From assembly GCA_951406725.2 (NCBI GenBank), contig OX597815.1, positions 163,618,001 through 163,682,000 of the forward strand: DNA of 64,000 nt, read 5' to 3'. Shown here piece by piece: positions 38,023 to 53,819 of this stretch. Each line of letters begins with the position of its first letter. The stretch's first letter is position 1. The notes beneath the pieces are model-generated. The model was not told the origin of the DNA, ran no database searches, and saw nothing but the letters and a program-made list of their open reading frames with translations. The stretch comes from Octopus vulgaris (Eukaryota). The translations under genes and the position numbers were made by a program.

Positions 38023-38213
38023 ATGTATGTATGTATGTATGTATGTATGTATGTATGTATGTATGTATGTATGTATGTATGTATGTATGCATGTATGAAT
38101 GTATGTATGTATGTATGTATGTATGCATGCATGTATGTATGTATGTATGTATGTATGTATGTATGTATGTATGTATGTATGCATGTACGCATGTATGTAT
38201 ATATGCATGTATG

Positions 38214-38247
<34 letters not shown>

Positions 38248-38286
38248 TGTATGTATGTATGTATGTATGTATGCATGTATGTATGT
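38023..38286. repeat. (ATGT)n microsatellite
   Basis: Directly visible. Confidence 0.97.
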
Positions 38287-39020
38287 TATTCTTTTTTATT
38301 CAGAGTGAATTTTGACCGGCTACCTACTTGGTAACGAAGTTGTGATGGAAAGTATCTTGTTTTAACCATCTTCCTTGAAATCTTAATGTCTTACAGATTT
38401 TTATAGTCCCAAATATCGTGATTACTTGTATCATATGAATTAAAGACTTGTATTCAGTCATACATTGCTCCAGACAGTTATGTATTTATGTATGCATGTA
38501 TGTATGTATGTATGTATGTATGTATGTATGCATGCATGTATGCATGTATGTATGTATGTATGTATGTATCTATGCGTGAAGATTTGTATGTTTTGTTTTA
38601 TGTATGTCTTCTCGTGCATATATTTGCATACCTAGACATGCTCATATGCACTTAAATGCTAAACATCTGGAAAGCTTTACAGATCTTTACAGTTCCAGCA
38701 ATGGCTTGGATCTATAGTCTTCGAATGAGCTTTCCTCTTTCTGCTTTCGAAAATCCTGATTTCTCAAGATTGATGTTTCGGCAGTGTGTTACATATCCTA
38801 GAGCCTCAATAATTACAGGTATAAACCTGAGCTCCTAATCTGGATAGAGTAACTGTAGATTTCTCAACAGTTCAGAGTAAGCATTTTTTTTCGTTGATGT
38901 ATGTTTGTATGCATGTATAAGGAATATAATGGAGTCGATTATGAATACCACTAATGGGGCAAAAGGAAAATAACCATGTGTCTACGTGTGTGTGTAAGTA
39001 TGTATGAATGTATGTATATA

Positions 39021-39105
<85 letters not shown>

Positions 39106-39113
<8 letters not shown>

Positions 39114-39633
39114 CACAAAGAAAACCGTCTCTTTGCTACAGCTTAGCTACTGGGAAAGCTTGAAACAGCTAAGACTCTACTCCCTGGAGAGAAGACGGGA
39201 GAGGTATGCAGTAATATATATCTGGAAGATCCTGGAAGGAATTATGCCAAATTTTGGCATTGAAAGCTACACCAATGCCAGAACGGGACGACACTGCATA
39301 GAGCCAAAGATCCCAGCAATGTCATCACGCTTCAGGAACAGTTACTGCAACAGCCTGGATTTCAAAAGCCCACAGCTTTTTAATTTTCTCCCAAAATATC
39401 TGAGAAACTTGCACATAGTAGATGTAGGGGTTTTTAAATCAAAGCTGGACCTCTTCCTATCGAGAGTACCAGAACCTACCTCACGGCAAGAGGTGCAAAT
39501 GAGGGTAGCTATATCAAACTCCATTCTTCACCAAGTGCCAAATATTAGAGGAGGCTCTTAGTAATAACAGTGTAGCAAAACGGTGGTGCATCGGCATGGC
39601 CGCAGCTCTGAACTGATACTAGAGAGAAAAAAA
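39106..39633 (+). mobile_element. 5'-truncated CR1-group LINE: ORF2 C-terminus (stop at 39561) plus short 3' UTR
   Basis: LSYWESLKQLRLYSLERRRERYAVIYIWKILEG...RTGRHC...PQLFNFLPKYLRNL...FKSKLDLFL is the typical post-RT C-terminus of CR1-like ORF2. No RT core is present, and the upstream part of the listed ORF is microsatellite. Confidence 0.88.
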
Positions 39634-40090
39634 TATATATATATGGTATGTGTGTGTGTGTGTATTTGTGCGTTTGCTTCTCTGTGATAATGTCATTTAT
39701 ACCTCTTCTCAAAATATAGGAAATTTGACACAAAAAATTGCAACTTTAACTTCTCATCACTCGCCAAGCTACGCCAAAATGCCCTGCTATAGTATTTGCG
39801 GCAAAACCAGAGGAATAGAAGGAATCTTGTGATGTTCTACATTGGCAAATACCAAAGCAAACAGTTCAAATAGTGAAATAAATGCTATGGCATGAAGAAG
39901 AAAAGAACTGTAGCTTTCAGAAGAAACATTAGGTTGCTTCATCAGAAAAAAAAAATTGTTAAAAACAAACAGAAAACAAAAACAACTGTATTATATTGAA
40001 ACAATATCGGTATAACAAACATCAAGATAAAGTGCCAAACAAAATAAGTGACTCTCTTAATATCAAATACACAAACCCGTTATTCTCCAT

Positions 40091-40219
<129 letters not shown>

Positions 40220-40559
40220 TACTCTCTCTCTTACTCTTACTCTTTTTCTCGATCACACGTACATATTCGTACACATATTATACATTCAGTTCTTTAATAG
40301 TTGCTAAAAACGTCCCAACATTGAAGTGCTGAAATGTGAGGAAAATAATTTTGATAAAACTCTTTGATCTTTACAAACCAACATTGAATGAAACCAGCCA
40401 TGACAATTGGCTTTTGCGTTATTTTCAAACAATCTTTTCTACTAACAAACAATGCATGCTAGACCAGACTCTATCCTTGCCCAACTCTCTAACTCTTCCC
40501 TCTATCTATACTGGGATATATACGCATTAGATAATCACTGCAGTGTGTTTCATTCTCAA

Positions 40560-41580
40560 TAAGGATAAACCTGGGCCTTCCTGCTGTTGTCTCAGCGCAC
40601 CAACTTATAGCATCACAAATATGCTAGAGAAAACCATTATCAAGAAACTACTATAATATCTAGAGTTTCTCTATCTGAAGTGCAGTCTTCACAGTGGATG
40701 TCATCTGGCAAGCAAACACTAACAACATAATATAAGTGGTAAAGTAGTTGTAAAGTTCCAATCCGAGTCATATAGACCCAAGGGCCGGTTTCCGGGTTTC
40801 CACGGCGTATATACACTCCATCTGGACGCGACGGCCGTCTATCGCAGCATTACTCATTTTTGCTTGGCGAGTGGACTGGAACGACGAGAAATGAAATATT
40901 TCGCTCAAGAACAAAGCGCATCGCCCAGTCTAGGATTCAAAACCATAATCTTATGATCATGTGTCCAACACCATAACCACTAAGCCACTCGCCTCCACAA
41001 AAGTAAAGTTTTCTTCTCGTGTCATGCCGAATCATAAGGGCCGGTTTCCCAATTTTTATGATATATATATTCCCCATATTGATGGGATGCCGGTCAGTCG
41101 TAGGATTACTCATTTGTTTCAGCTGAGTGGACTGGAGCAACGTGAAATAAAATATTTTGCTCAAGAGCACAACGCGTCGGCTGGTTCCAGAGATCGAAAC
41201 CACAATCTTATGATCATGAGTCCAACACCCTAACCACAAAGCTACGCGCCTCCACCAGTAACAGTGGTATCAGGTAAAAAAAATGGCCATCCTTTTGAAG
41301 ACCCAAAATTACTTCATCTTTCCTAAACAGCAGACATCACACACCGGATCCAATGAAAGATTTACCCTGCTGATTGGCATGAAGTTACCACTTCACGACA
41401 ATTTTGACCAGGCGTATGCTCTTCCACCTTGCTCTAATTTCTATCGCTATGTTAGCCTCTGATCCGCTGCACTGGTTGGCCTTATGCAATTTCCACTCAG
41501 ACATTCCCCACTCTCCCTCTTGTTGTCCATTCTTATCTGCTCACCCCCAGATACCATGCTAACAACTACTCCCCCTCTCT
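40560..41580 (+). mobile_element. Possible highly decayed LINE (CR1/Jockey-like) interrupted by SINEs
   Basis: Fragments translate as SITNMLEKTIIKKLL*YLE (~40608-40665, RT N-terminal-like) and FYRYVSL*SAALVGLM (~41438-41486, resembling the FYRYY.GLCS.EL post-RT motif). Weak. Confidence 0.4.
40762..41254 (-). mobile_element. Two tandem SINE family C copies (~40762-40997 and ~41000-41254)
   Basis: gagtggactgga.c.acg.gaaat.aa.tattt.gctcaaga.ca..cgc...aaccac.aagc.ac.cgcctcca occurs twice. Confidence 0.85.
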
Positions 41581-41595
41581 CTCTCTTTCTCTCTA

Positions 41596-41630
<35 letters not shown>

Positions 41631-42261
41631 ACACTATTTCAATGGCCCTTGTTCCTCAGTTGTAGTTGATTTCATTTCGTTCCACCTCCGTTCGAGTTCT
41701 CTTAACAGACTCAAATATTCAGACCTCGTGGACCTTCCTTGGTTACACCATTCGGGTCTCTTAGAAGATCTTTGGTGTTTTAAAGTTCCTTCTTTACACC
41801 TACAGCTGTTCAAAACGATCCCTTACTCACGACGATCACAAAGCTTATGGAGTGCCTACGAAGGATATTGTTAGAGCGCCTTCCTTCAAGCAGTCTAATG
41901 AAATTAACCTAACAAAATCATAATTATTTTCTCTATACTATAAACTGTGCACTTCTACACTAAATGGAACGAGAAAGAGTCTACAATACACAGAGTATAA
42001 TATAGTAATATTTTGTGTAATCGATCAAAGAGCACGAGGTAATACATATAAGTAAAACATAACTAAGAATAATACAGGAGGAGAACAGGAATTGAAGACA
42101 TTGTGTAAGCGCTGTCTTTACTACACAGTAAGCATTCACGGAGAAAAAATGCCCCTGAGAACATCGTCAATTCGAAATCGTTTGACAGAAATCAGAATGA
42201 TAATGAATTGTATAATTTATCACAAGCATTCGCCATAGATTTCAAAAATTATGCGCATACG

Positions 42262-42557
42262 TAGGCGCAGGAATGGCTGTTTGGTAAGAAGCTTGCTTCT
42301 CAACCACATGGTCCGGGTTCAGTCCCACTGCGTGACACCTTCGGCCAGTGTCTTCTACTATAGCCAGGAACCGACAAAAGCTTTGTGAGTCGATTTGGTA
42401 GATGGAAACTGAAAGAAGCTTGTCATATATATATATATATATATATATATGAGTGTGTGTGTGTGTATGTGTGTGTGTCTTTGTGTCTGTATTTCTCAAG
42501 CTGCCATCGCTTGACAACTGATCTTGGTGTGATTACGTCCCCGTAACCTAGGGACTC
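42262..42557 (+). mobile_element. SINE family A truncated by the assembly gap
   Basis: Colinear with 20208-20474 up to the first N. Confidence 0.88.
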
Positions 42558-42657
42558 NNNNNNNNNNNNNNNNNNNNNNNNNNNNNNNNNNNNNNNNNNN
42601 NNNNNNNNNNNNNNNNNNNNNNNNNNNNNNNNNNNNNNNNNNNNNNNNNNNNNNNNN
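42558..42657. other. Assembly gap (100 N)
   Basis: Exactly 100 N, a conventional placeholder for a gap of unknown size. Confidence 0.99.
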
Positions 42658-42892
42658 TGGCTGTGTTGTAGGAAGCTTGCTTCCGAACCACATGTTTCCG
42701 GATTCAGTCCCACTGCATGGCACCTTGGGCAAGTGGCTTCTATTATAGACTGATGGAAAAAGTACTAGGCTTACAAGGAATAAGTCCTGGGGACGATTTC
42801 TTCGACTAAAGGCGGTGCTCCAGTATGACCGAGGTCAAATGACTGAAACGTGAAAAAGAGTACATATACATTGCATATACATATATATAAAT

Positions 42893-42966
<74 letters not shown>

Positions 42967-42997
42967 CATACATACATATATATATATATATATGTAT

Positions 42998-43036
<39 letters not shown>

Positions 43037-43091
43037 CATATATATATATATATGTATATACATACATACATATATATATATATATATGTAT

Positions 43092-43130
<39 letters not shown>

Positions 43131-43237
43131 CATATACATATATACATACATGCATATATATATATATATATGTATATACATACATACATATATATATATA
43201 TACATATACATATATACATACATGCATATATATATAC

Positions 43238-43268
<31 letters not shown>

Positions 43269-43274
43269 CATACA

Positions 43275-43364
<90 letters not shown>

Positions 43365-43369
43365 CATAC

Positions 43370-43401
<32 letters not shown>

Positions 43402-43449
43402 ATATATATATATACATATACATACATATATATATATATATATATACAT

Positions 43450-43671
<222 letters not shown>

Positions 43672-44215
43672 TAAACAGAAAGAAATGAAAAAGTCGCGTA
43701 AACGTACATTTGTTCCCCAGCACTTATGCGGCATGCAGACGTAATTTTCCCTTACCACTTGGCTTGTGTGTTTGTCTGGGAGTCTGGGAGTACCTATGTG
43801 CATGTATATTCACATAGGCGTGTGAACTCACGTATTTCTCTATCTACCCAGCTATTTGTGTTGCTGTGTGTCTGTGTGAGTGCACGCACATCACTTTTCG
43901 TTCATGCGTTATGTGCTGGTTAAACAATACAATTATGAAAAAATAAGTCAATAAATAAACAAAAAAACTGTCTGTCGTGCGTCAGTCCTAAAATGAAACT
44001 AAAATATAATTATTGATATTTGTCATAATTGTTTTCGAATATCCATCCGCCGTTAGAAATTCAACAGATTATAGATGTAACTTATGTTTACTGATTAAAA
44101 TGATCCGAATTTATATCTGAACATGCTTGTATATGTGGTATATATCTATCTATCACTATATATGGGCTGGTGTGAGTATTCCTATATATAAATATATCAT
44201 ATATATGAGTGCATG

Positions 44216-44300
<85 letters not shown>

Positions 44301-47300
44301 GTCTCAGTTTACCAGTCTCTTGCTTTTGTGCACATTTGTTTGCTTACTTTGTTGTTTTAAACCTGGTACTATTTTATCACTATCTTTTGGCTGAACCTCT
44401 AACGTTAAAGAAAAAAACCAACACCAGTTGTCAAGCGGTGGTGAGAGACAAATACACACAAAAACAAAATCAAAAGAAAGATCAAAATAAAGATACAGTG
44501 TTGCAGTACCATCATCTGTAGTTTACGAGAGGAGAGTTCAAACACACACACACACACACACATATATATCTTATTCAACTATGGTAGTAGTTGAATAATA
44601 TTCTTAAGGCCGCAATTTACTCACACGCAATACATTTCAGAGCTTATTGCTAATCCAGTTATTAACCAAATTGAAAACTGTTAGCATTCTTGAAGACGGC
44701 TGGTTCGTAACTACATTTTGGCACAAAAAAAAAACTTGAGATTTGATCCGGTAGAAAAAAAGTTTACATCAAAATTTGTAACAGCGTTTTAGGAGAGTAA
44801 GTAACGCCACCAATCAAGAATAGATAAGACTTATTTTTATTTTAAAAGCAAATTACATTTATCTTAGATTCAATGACAGAAGAAAGCATGAAGAATTTTA
44901 TAGTTTTGGTCCCATGCAACAAAAATTTGTATTAAAAAAGTTGTTAGGTAAAATAACATGAAAAAATATAAGTAATGCAAAAAATTGGATACAAGAATAA
45001 TTAACTGTTTTATTTTAACAACAAACTATATTTTATTTAAGCTTACATTAAGAGCTCAATTCGAGGAATTTTATGATATCAATCTCATGCAATGAAGTTA
45101 TAAAAAAATTTTATGAGTGTTTTTTCTCAAATTTGAGGGTGATAATATAGTCCTATACATTTCTATAGATATAGTTCTATAAGGGAACATTTGTATATGT
45201 CACCGGCGTCATTGAGGTAGGGAAAAATATTATCAACGACACCGCTAATTGACACATTTGACACATTATCAATTAGCATAATAATAGCATAGCCTGGAAA
45301 AAACATAGATTACATGGAAAAAATGCGAGCAAGAGAAATAAAATTCTTAAGATTATAAACCTGGAAAATTACAGGACATTGCATTTAGGACATCCAGTAA
45401 AAAGTTCCAAAGTAAGACAATAGTGAAACGTACGTAGGAACAAATAATGTAAAGTAACTTTTGTTTATCGTAATTTTTCCTACATTTGCTCTGTAATTCC
45501 AAACTAGTAATACTACTAAACCCGCTGTAATTTCATCGTTGAGGAATATCATCGCAAGGCAATTTTGATGCCGTATATAAACATCATCAATGAATTAATC
45601 GCAGATAATTAACTCACGTTAAATAATCGTCTGTAATTTCATTGCTGCGTAATATCATCGCAAGGTAATTCACTTTACGTGTTAATACATCGTCAATAAA
45701 TTCAATGTAATGTAATTAACAATACATGAATAATATCGCTTGCGTTCTCTAAGATAACGTCGTCATATTTTTTAGACAGAGAGTAACTATATCATTAAAT
45801 ATTATTTATTAGTTATTTACTCGCCATTATTTGAGGCTTTTTTTAGGCATTTCATTAAAAACAAAAAGAAATTTAAAGAGAAATAATTCTATTCTTGGAT
45901 CTAGAAATCTTTTGAAAAGTCATCAAAGTGGAACAAAAAAATTTTTTAAATATTGTAGGAGCAAATAATCTACCTTGCACAAAGAATTCAACGTATTGTC
46001 AATGAATATTAAAATCGCGAAATACTGGATTATTAAAGAGTCTTTGCTCATTGTCTTTTAGAATATTTCATTCTTCCTTTTATTTGCAATCGTGTTTTTT
46101 TAATTGTATTATTTTCTGGGTTTATTTTTAGAAAAGTTACTTTGCTTTTTTTCTCCATGTATATTTTTATTGAGAAAATTCAACATTAATGATTTTTTTT
46201 GTCATTGAATTTCATTTCCACAGTTATTAATATACAACGAATCTACGAATAAATATTTTAAAATAATGTTGAGAGATGTATTTACTCTACGTATAAAAAG
46301 TATGATGATGAATTCCCAGCCGATATATTGTCTCACGGTGAAATATCATGATGATGAAACTACCCTTTCACGATTCCTGCTAGTAGTGTGTTGTGAAATG
46401 AACTCGAGCTACAGCGTATTTGTCTCGAATATATATTGGTTGATTGTTATGATTCTAGAGTATGACGGGTAAGATACTGAACATCCATATTCAAAAGAAA
46501 AACACAAGCTTAAAGCTGCAGGGTGTGAAACTGATAGCAATCATTATTCCTTGAGTAATATCGTATTTTGGATGAAAGTGGTGAACTGGCAGAATTGTTA
46601 GCACGCAGGGTAAAATGATTAGTGGCATTTCGTCTGTCTCTACGTTCTGAGTTCAAATTTCGTGGAGGTCAACCTTGTCGTTCATCCTTTGGGATTGATA
46701 AAATAAGTACAAACTGAGCACTGGAGCTGACGCAGTCGACTTCCACCACTCACCCAACCCAAGGTTGGTGGTCTTGTTCCAAATTTTAAGATCAATTTTT
46801 TATTTTGTATTGTAAAATCCTATGTCATATTATTTAAATATGAATGGTTTGATATTTCATGATCCATGATCACTACATATATGCATGTGTGTGTGTGTGT
46901 GTGGGTGGGGTTGGTGTACAATATATATATATGTATAATTCCATCACATCATCACCCTCTCTTTCTCATTTTCTCTCACACATTCTCTCGCCCGCTCTCT
47001 TATTCTCTCTCTTTCTCTGTCTCCCTGCCTCTCCAATCCCTATTCCTTAACTCAGAACCTTGACACACACTCTCCATGAGAACCTGTAAGGAACTTCACT
47101 TTTTCTCAAAAAAAAAAATTTCCTATTATTTTTACGTGCGTGAGAATGCAAGCACACGTATCTCCGCGTGTGCGTGCACGTATATGCATTTGTGTGTGTA
47201 TATGCCTACTCAAATAATTTGCATAGACTTCATGAAAATCGTATCTTACATGTGTGTGTGTGTGTAGATGTTTGTACATCTGAATGATTATGCGTATGAA

Positions 47301-47454
47301 GTTGAATTAGTGTGTATATCTACCGAGTGTTTGTGATAAGGTAGCTTTTACAAGACAAAACGAGTTGCCTCCCTCTCTTAACCACCGTTATTACCACCTG
47401 ATTTAGGTTTACCTTTTTATCTGGTTTCAGTTTTCATACATACATCCTCTTTTA

Positions 47455-47838
47455 TCTCTCTCTATATAAACGGCAGTTTGTCTGTGCGTGTTTCTGTGTG
47501 TCTGTTTGCTTGTACCCTACCCTGACCACGGCTTTCAACCGATTCTGATGAAACTTGACACACACATAGCCCAATGTCATAATTCAAAACTAACGCAGGC
47601 GAAAATTTTGAAAAGTTCCCCCACTTCTGAAAAAAATCGATAAATTCGACATGGGGTCGAGAATTAGAAACACAAACCGCAAACTGTCTAGGGGATGCAA
47701 CTCCACCTTTTTTTACTCTCAAAAAAAATTTACCATCATTTTTTTCCATTTTTTTGCTATTTTTTGGCTATAACTCTCTAAAAATGCTTTATAGTTATTT
47801 CCCTTACAAACCTGAGCAACGCCGGGCGATACTGCTAG
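47455..47838 (+). mobile_element. Non-autonomous Helitron (duplicate of 25386-25768)
   Basis: A|TC ... CTAG|T termini. Confidence 0.85.
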
Positions 47839-48276
47839 TCGAAGATATAATCAAAAATACTCGTTCTTGTATAAGAAAGGAATGATAGTTGTTACGATCT
47901 GGAGTTAACAAAATAAAAAGAAGCAAATTGGTCTGACGAAATTTCGTATTTCAGTGAAAATCTTCCATACGGCTACATGCCTTGGAGCTGTATGTAGGTA
48001 TTATAATCTGAGCAACGATGGTTTTATTGTGAATGAAAAATATGTGCATTTTATCATTTAAATTCCTCTGGAGGAGGAACTGCTTTCAAACAAATATACA
48101 CAGCTCCATCTTTGGAATGTAGATAACGAAAACAATGTCACATTTTAAAACTTGAGAAAAGTTTTGCATTGTTTTACTGTTCCGCATACAAATTGTATTT
48201 ATAATGTGCGCAACAGTTGTTGATTCTTTTTCTGAAAACCCAATCTTGTATGTATGTATGTATGTATGTATGTATG

Positions 48277-48308
<32 letters not shown>

Positions 48309-49679
48309 GTTAATCCAAACAAGAAAACACAAAAAAAAACACAACAACGTGAGGACGTGGAACAAATATAGTATTATTGGACGCTTAGGAAAGAAGGAAA
48401 GAAGGAGGGTTTAACGTTTCAAGCGGAGCTCTTCGTCGGAAATATAGAAGGAAAGATCCAGAGAAGGGAAGACAGGAAAAATAAATCGCCAACGGTACAC
48501 ACGGTATGTATGTATGTATGTATGTATGTATGTATGTATGTATGTATGTATGTATGTATGTATGTATGTATATACATCATACACGTTAATGTTTTTTGTT
48601 TACTTATAATATGAGCAATTTTACATTAACCTAAGGAACTACTCCATACTATATTAGGAAACAAGTTTATTTTAAAACAACAATATTGCCGACAGTAACT
48701 TCGAAGCTTCGGACAGTTACTCTATCATCGGACTAAAGCCCAGATTAACTCAAATGCATCGCAGTCGGATGATGGTTTAACTAATCAAAACTTCGAAGCC
48801 ATTGTCAACAATATTCTTGCTTAAAAATAGACATATATGCATAAACATGTGTGTGTGTATACATGTGTAATTTTGTGTGTGTGTGTGTGTGTATGTGTGT
48901 GTGTGAGTGTGTGTGCTTGTGTGCTTGTTTGCTCACGTATATATATATATATAGTTAATCCAGATATGAACAAAGAGAAAACACAACAACGCGAGGACGT
49001 GGAACAAGTATAGTGTTATTGGACGCTCAGAAAGGAAAGAAAGAAGGAGGATTTATAGTTTCGGAGCTTTTCGTCTGAAATATAGAAAAATGGAAAAGTC
49101 CAAGGAAGGGAAGACGGAGAAAGAAAATCGCCAACGATATACATGACCGGAAGGGAATGGGTGAAGAAAGAGTTCTTTCAAAGACAGGAAAGTTCAAGAG
49201 AAGGAGGTACGTGTGTGTATGTGTGGGTATGTGCGAGCGCGCAGGTCTGCGCGCGTGTGTGTGTGTGAAATCATTGCCAATCCTTCAGCAACCTATATTC
49301 AGTTTTGGTAAAAAGAAACATGGAAGATTAAGAAATATAATTCTATGACAACCATTTCACCTTTCGAGTATTGCAACTGAACTTCGCCTTTGAAATTATG
49401 ATACTGCATAAACAAAGACGAAACCAAAGAAAAATTTCTTTTGAATATTTACCTTATTTTCCATTATAATCTTTTTAATTATATATATATAAATATATAC
49501 TTTTTTCGTTTGTGCTCGGGAAAGTATAAAAAGACAAACAGGTGAGATGAAAAGCAAAAGGAAATGATGTTACGCTGCGAGTAATCTAATAAGAAGTAAA
49601 ATGTGTATACAATAAGCATGTAAATCTTGAGTGTTCACGCATACGTATGGTTATATGATTGTATATGTATATGTGTATG

Positions 49680-49721
<42 letters not shown>

Positions 49722-49974
49722 AGAAATGTCATGCATCGACTACAAAGTCCTTTGTGTTGAGGTGTAGAATAACGTTGATGGTAAAATGCTAAACACTTGT
49801 CTAACCTTGGGTGTAAACATTTGCAATGTTTACTAACTGATGGCCTTCAGAAGTAGATGTACCACTACCGTGAATACCATCGCCGCCACCACCGTCGCCA
49901 CCACCGCCGCTATCATCATCACGATCATCATCATCATCATCACCACCACCAGCATCATTATCATCATCATCATC

Positions 49975-50024
<50 letters not shown>

Positions 50025-50618
50025 CACCATCACCATCATTATCATCATCTTTACAAACGCCATTATCATCATCATCATTATCACCTTCAGCACCACCACT
50101 TCCACTACCATCACTACCACCCTCCTATTACCACCGCTGTCATCCTCTTCCTCATCCCCCTTTCCACCTCCTCCTCCTCCGCCTCCTCCTCATCATCATC
50201 ATTATCATCGTCATCACCACCACCACTTCCACTATCTTCCTTCTTCTGCCTCTCTCCACTCAGTAGAGTGCGAGAGAAACAGCAGATATGAAATGGGAGA
50301 AATATCTAATGAAGGTAGGAAGTACATTTAATCTATAATTTAAACTTAATACCAGTTCTACGACGATATTAGTTGCACAAGCCTGCTTAACGGTAGAGAT
50401 CACCATAAATAAACTGGGTACTTTAAAAAATATTTTCTTAGTCGGGCGCAGGAGTGGCCGTGCGGTATGTAGCTTGCTTACCAACCACATGGCTCCGACT
50501 TCAGTCCCACTGCGTGACACTTTGGGCAAGTGTCTTCTACTATAGCCTCGGCCTTACAAAAACCTTGTGAGTGGATTTGGTAGACGGAAACTGAAAGAAC
50601 CCTGTCGTATAAATACAT

Positions 50619-50685
<67 letters not shown>

Positions 50686-51014
50686 TACAAATAAGAAAAT
50701 GGAGGAACAGATTCATTTCAATCATCGACTTACAGATATTACCAATTCATAAATAACATGAATTGGTAATATCTGTAAGTCGATGATTGAAATAAATCTG
50801 TTCCTCCATTTTCTTATTTGTATTATGAATTTGAGGTAAAATAGTTTACCTTTCGCCCATCTAATACAATAAATGAATTAATTGCATTGCAATTATAAGC
50901 ATTTATGTATTTGCATTTTGGGTGCTTCACCACCAGTATATTGGATGACTGATATCCCATAGTGGGTTACACTCATAAACCCTATCTCACTTTGTACTAT
51001 ATATATATATATAT

Positions 51015-51085
<71 letters not shown>

Positions 51086-53318
51086 AAATACAGTGTACAT
51101 TTAAACACTTAATGGTTGCACTCGTGGAATTCATCACGCTAGAAAGAACAGCTAGGTTCCATAACCACAAAACTAGATGGTAAAAGTTTTAATTTTTCAT
51201 TTCTGTTTCTTTCGGGATTTTATCCCTAATTTTGGGGTTATGGAACTTAGCTGTTCTTTCTAGCGGGATGAATCCCACAGTGAATTCCTTATGTGTTTAA
51301 ATGAACACTGTATTTTATGAGTGATACATAGTCTTTGGACTAAATTTTTACACTTTAGGCCACTGGAAGTGAAAATTTCTATTAATTTCCACTTCCCTTT
51401 GATATGATTCAGTATTATATATAAGAATCTGTAGTGGCTAGCGATCTATCATGGCGAATATCATGTGTGTGTGTGTGTGGCTGTCTGTGCTTGTCGCCCC
51501 CACCGTTGACAAACAGTCTTGGTTTGTGTACGTCGCCATAAGCTAGTGGTTCGGCAAAAAGGGGCCGATAGAGTAAGTATCAGGCTTACAAAATTAATAA
51601 GTACTGGCGTCAATCCATTCGACTAAAAAATTCTTCAAGTCAGTGCTCCAGCATGGCCACAGTCTAATGACTGAAACAAGTAACAGCAGCAACTTCATTA
51701 TAAGCGTCGAAATATTTGGATGCAGACTTCATCAAGTCATCCTTGGGAACCCAAAACAGGCAGTGTGTCTCGACTAGTCATTTCACTCGCAAGAATAATT
51801 AATCAATTAATGCACCCTTTTAAAGCCTAGCCAGGCTCATGGGCCCAGTTTCCCGGTTTCTATGGCGTATGTGTTCCCCAGCTGGACGGAACGCCGGTCC
51901 ATCTCAGCGTTACTCATTATTGCCAGCTGAGTGGACTGGAGCAACTTGAAATGAAGTGTTTTGCTCAAGAACACAACGCGCTGCCTGGTTCAGGAATCGA
52001 AACCACAATCTTACGATCATGGGGCTGACACCTTAACCTATTTCTTTATTACCCACAAGGGGCTAAATATAGAGGGAACAAACAAGGAGAGACATAGGTA
52101 TTAAGTCGATTACATCGACCCCAGTGCGTAACTGGTACTTTAATTTATCGACCCCGAAAGGATGAAAGGCAAAGTCGACCTCGGCGGAATTTGAACTCAG
52201 AACGTAACAGCAGAAATACCGCAAAGCATTTCGCCCGGCGTGCTAACGTTTCTGACAACTTAACCACTAAGCTACGCGCCTCCATACTCTCAAGAATAAT
52301 TGACCAAAATTCAGTCGAAACAAAACTGTATGTCACAGCAAAAAATAGAGGAACACGTTGAATTACGTAACATCATTGCTGATATGCTCACATTTTAATC
52401 ATCATCATTGTTATTTCCGCATTTTTGTTAGCGGCAACGGCAGATTTCTCATCATCTTCGTCACTGTCGACGTTATCATCATCACTACCACCATGATGAC
52501 ATTGATGACGATCATCATGATGACGATCATGATGATGATCATCATCCTCATCCTCACCAACACCCCACCCACCATCACCACCATCGCTATCATTACATCA
52601 TTGTAATCATCATTGTCGTTGTCGTCGTCAATATGATCATGATCACCGTCATCCGCATCGTCGTCATCATCATCATCGTCATCGTCATTTTAATCATTAT
52701 CATTATCATCATAGTTGACATCATCATCACTACCACCACCACCATCGTCATCATCATCGACACCCCATCGACTATCACCTCCATCGCTATAATCATCATA
52801 ATCATAATCATCATCATCATCATCCTCATCATCATCATCGTCATCGCCATTTTTATCATCATAATCATCGTCGTCGTCATCGTTGACACCATCATCACCA
52901 CCACCACCACCATCATCATCATCACCCCATCGACTGTCACTCCATCGCTATAATCATCATAATCATAATCGTCATCATCATCATCATCATCATCAACAAC
53001 AAAAACAACAGCAACATTCGGTTTCCTCTGTGCTAACAAAAACCGATGAGGTTATGCAAACCCGACCTGCCTCCTGTTGCCTCGCCTAACGTCAGTGTGC
53101 GTCACATATCAACTAGCGATGTTCAACATTACAACATCTCAAACAAATAGACGGATACATGACTTCCGGCTGTTTTATTTATTCTCTAATTCATTCTATA
53201 TTGTAGTATTGGGTATTTGCGTGTTGTTTTCGTAATGTTTGCTCTAGACAACCGTCTCTTCATCACGAATATAGACACGCAGTCTCTTTTTCTTCATAGG
53301 TGATCATACATGCATACC

Positions 53319-53359
<41 letters not shown>

Positions 53360-53730
53360 TTGTATATCATGCATATACATAGATACATACATATATATGT
53401 ATAGTGTTGTATATGATTATATGTATATATGTGTGCATTTTAGTATATACTTAGTATGTATATATAATTTTCTCTATTTCTTCAAATACATTCGCAAACA
53501 CACACTAACACATACTAAAACTAAAATACACACTAACGCACAAGCGCTCACAGCATCACTGCATGTATATATGTATATATACATATATATAATATATATG
53601 TATACATATATATATGTATGTATGTATATGTATGTATGTATGTATGTATATATATATGTATGTATGTATATGTATGTTTGTAGGTATATATAATATATAT
53701 ATATGGGTATATATACATACACACACACTA

Positions 53731-53819
<89 letters not shown>

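Noticed and set aside
39004-39561. 185-aa ORF as a host gene
   Set aside because: The N-terminus is (TA)n/(GA)n and the remainder is a LINE ORF2 C-terminal fragment.
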